From assembly GCA_030141605.1 (NCBI GenBank), contig JAQGDQ010000270.1, positions 231,793 through 275,489 of the forward strand: a stretch of DNA of 43,697 bases, read 5' to 3'. Source of the stretch: Tubiluchus corallicola (taxonomy: Eukaryota > Animalia > Priapulida). The notes under the pieces were generated by a model. That model had not been told where the DNA came from, did no database searches, and worked only from the letters and a program-made list of their open reading frames with translations. A program made the translations under genes and the position numbers. The first letter of the stretch is position 1. Every line of letters starts with the position of its first letter. Positions 42,682 to 43,697 of the stretch are shown piece after piece.

Positions 42682-43385
42682 ATGAACAAATTGATTTCCC
42701 TAAAAAGTTGAATTTATTGACAGGAATAATAACCTTATTTTTTCTCTCTTCATGTTCAACAGAAAATGATTGCAATACACTTTTCGGATTTAATGGAAGT
42801 GTGAAATCTTCCTTAGAGTGGGTTTATGAAGCTGAGGAGAAATTTGGAAAGTGGGAAAATGGAGATATAGAGTATTATGGTCATAGTCTCATAAAGTTTG
42901 ACGAAAAAGGAAACTACACTGAAATAAGTCAATTAGATGATGATGGAGAGTTGACAAGGAAAATAATTCCTAATCGAGAAAATGGTCAAATAATAGAAGA
43001 AGTTTTTTATAACGAAGATGGAGAAAAGGAAAGTCTTATAAAGATTAACTTCATTAGCACCAATGAAATTGAGACAGAATCATTTGATAATAATGGAGAA
43101 AAAGTTGGTGGTGGAAAACTCTTTAGAGAAAACGGAAAAAATGTGAAATCTGTTTTTAACCAAGACAATGAAAATACGACTATAACGGAATGGGAATATG
43201 ACGAAAATGGAAATCAAATTTCTCAAAAAATGACTGACCAAAAGGGAGAAATAGTTTTTTACCAGAAATATGAATATATCGAGTTTGATGAAAAAAATAA
43301 TTGGACAAGAAGACTTATTTATGAGGAAGGTAATAGTATGACTCCTAAAAACATTACGATAAGAGAGATAGAATATTACAAATAA
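42682..43385 (+). pseudogene. Cassette-borne lipoprotein with YD/RHS-like repeats; probable frameshift just after the ATG
   Basis: ATG at 42682 is out of frame with 42708..43385 by one base (repair gives MKQIDFPKKLNLLTGIITLFFLSSC); FDEKGN, YDENGN, FDEKNNW, REIEYY motifs. Confidence 0.65.
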
Positions 43386-43394
43386 AGCACGAAC

Positions 43395-43581
43395 TGCCAA
43401 CATTTTGTATAGTGCATAGGGCGGAAATGCTGTATTTGAAACATTTGCGCTTTCTTCAACCTCGCCGAAGCGCAGCTTCGACGATTAGTCAGATTGCAGG
43501 TGTCAAACCTGCGCTTCGGCTACTTAGTGGTTTGACAGGAAAGTGTTTTCTATTGCCCTACGCACCATACAATTTACCGTT
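43395..43581 (+). other. attC-like recombination site, about 190 bp
   Basis: TGCCAAC inverse core; arms TTGTATAGTGCATAGGGC (43405-43422) and GCCCTACGCACCATACAA (43555-43572) pair at 16/18; GTT at 43579. Confidence 0.75.
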
Positions 43582-43697
43582 TATGTTATTAATAAGTTGC
43601 AGATTCAAATATATTTTCTAATTGAGTTTTTATCTGTGTGTTAGTGTTTTGAGTTTCCGAAGATATATTAATAGCAGGAATCACAAAAAAATATTTC

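Larger units (their letters stand above)
42630..43581 (+). mobile_element. Solitary integron-like gene cassette
   Basis: Starts GTTGGCAGTCATGCT; the complementary AGCACGAACTGCCAAC follows the stop codon; long palindrome ends in GTT; A-rich interior between G/T-rich flanks. Confidence 0.75.

Overview
Chromosomal segment of an anaerobic Bacteroidota bacterium, inferred from TAnnTTTG promoters, a SusD remnant, PFOR and Etf/Bcd. The + strand is strongly G/T-rich. Intact core genes: padR-family regulator, recO, tRNA-Arg(CCT), nifJ, pcm, aspartate kinase-metY-metA, argF, apbE, rlmB, GH2 beta-galactosidase, xseAB and etfBA-acyl-CoA dehydrogenase. These are interleaved with decaying accessory DNA: an inactivated IS3-family element and its exact 262-bp internal-deletion derivative, whose four junctions each cut a different gene (GLUG protein, sialidase, hicB, susD); an IS256 remnant; and a dispersed structured non-coding repeat with a pseudoknot-like end. 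Three paralogous Ig-like/GLUG surface-protein genes are present, one intact lipoprotein and two 5'-truncated. The most notable candidates are a solitary integron-like gene cassette with a long (~190 bp) attC-like site at the window end, a Thr/Met-rich 36-aa leader peptide ahead of the aspartate kinase-met operon, the GLUG paralogue family and the pseudoknot repeat. All calls come from reading motifs by eye; no database search was run.
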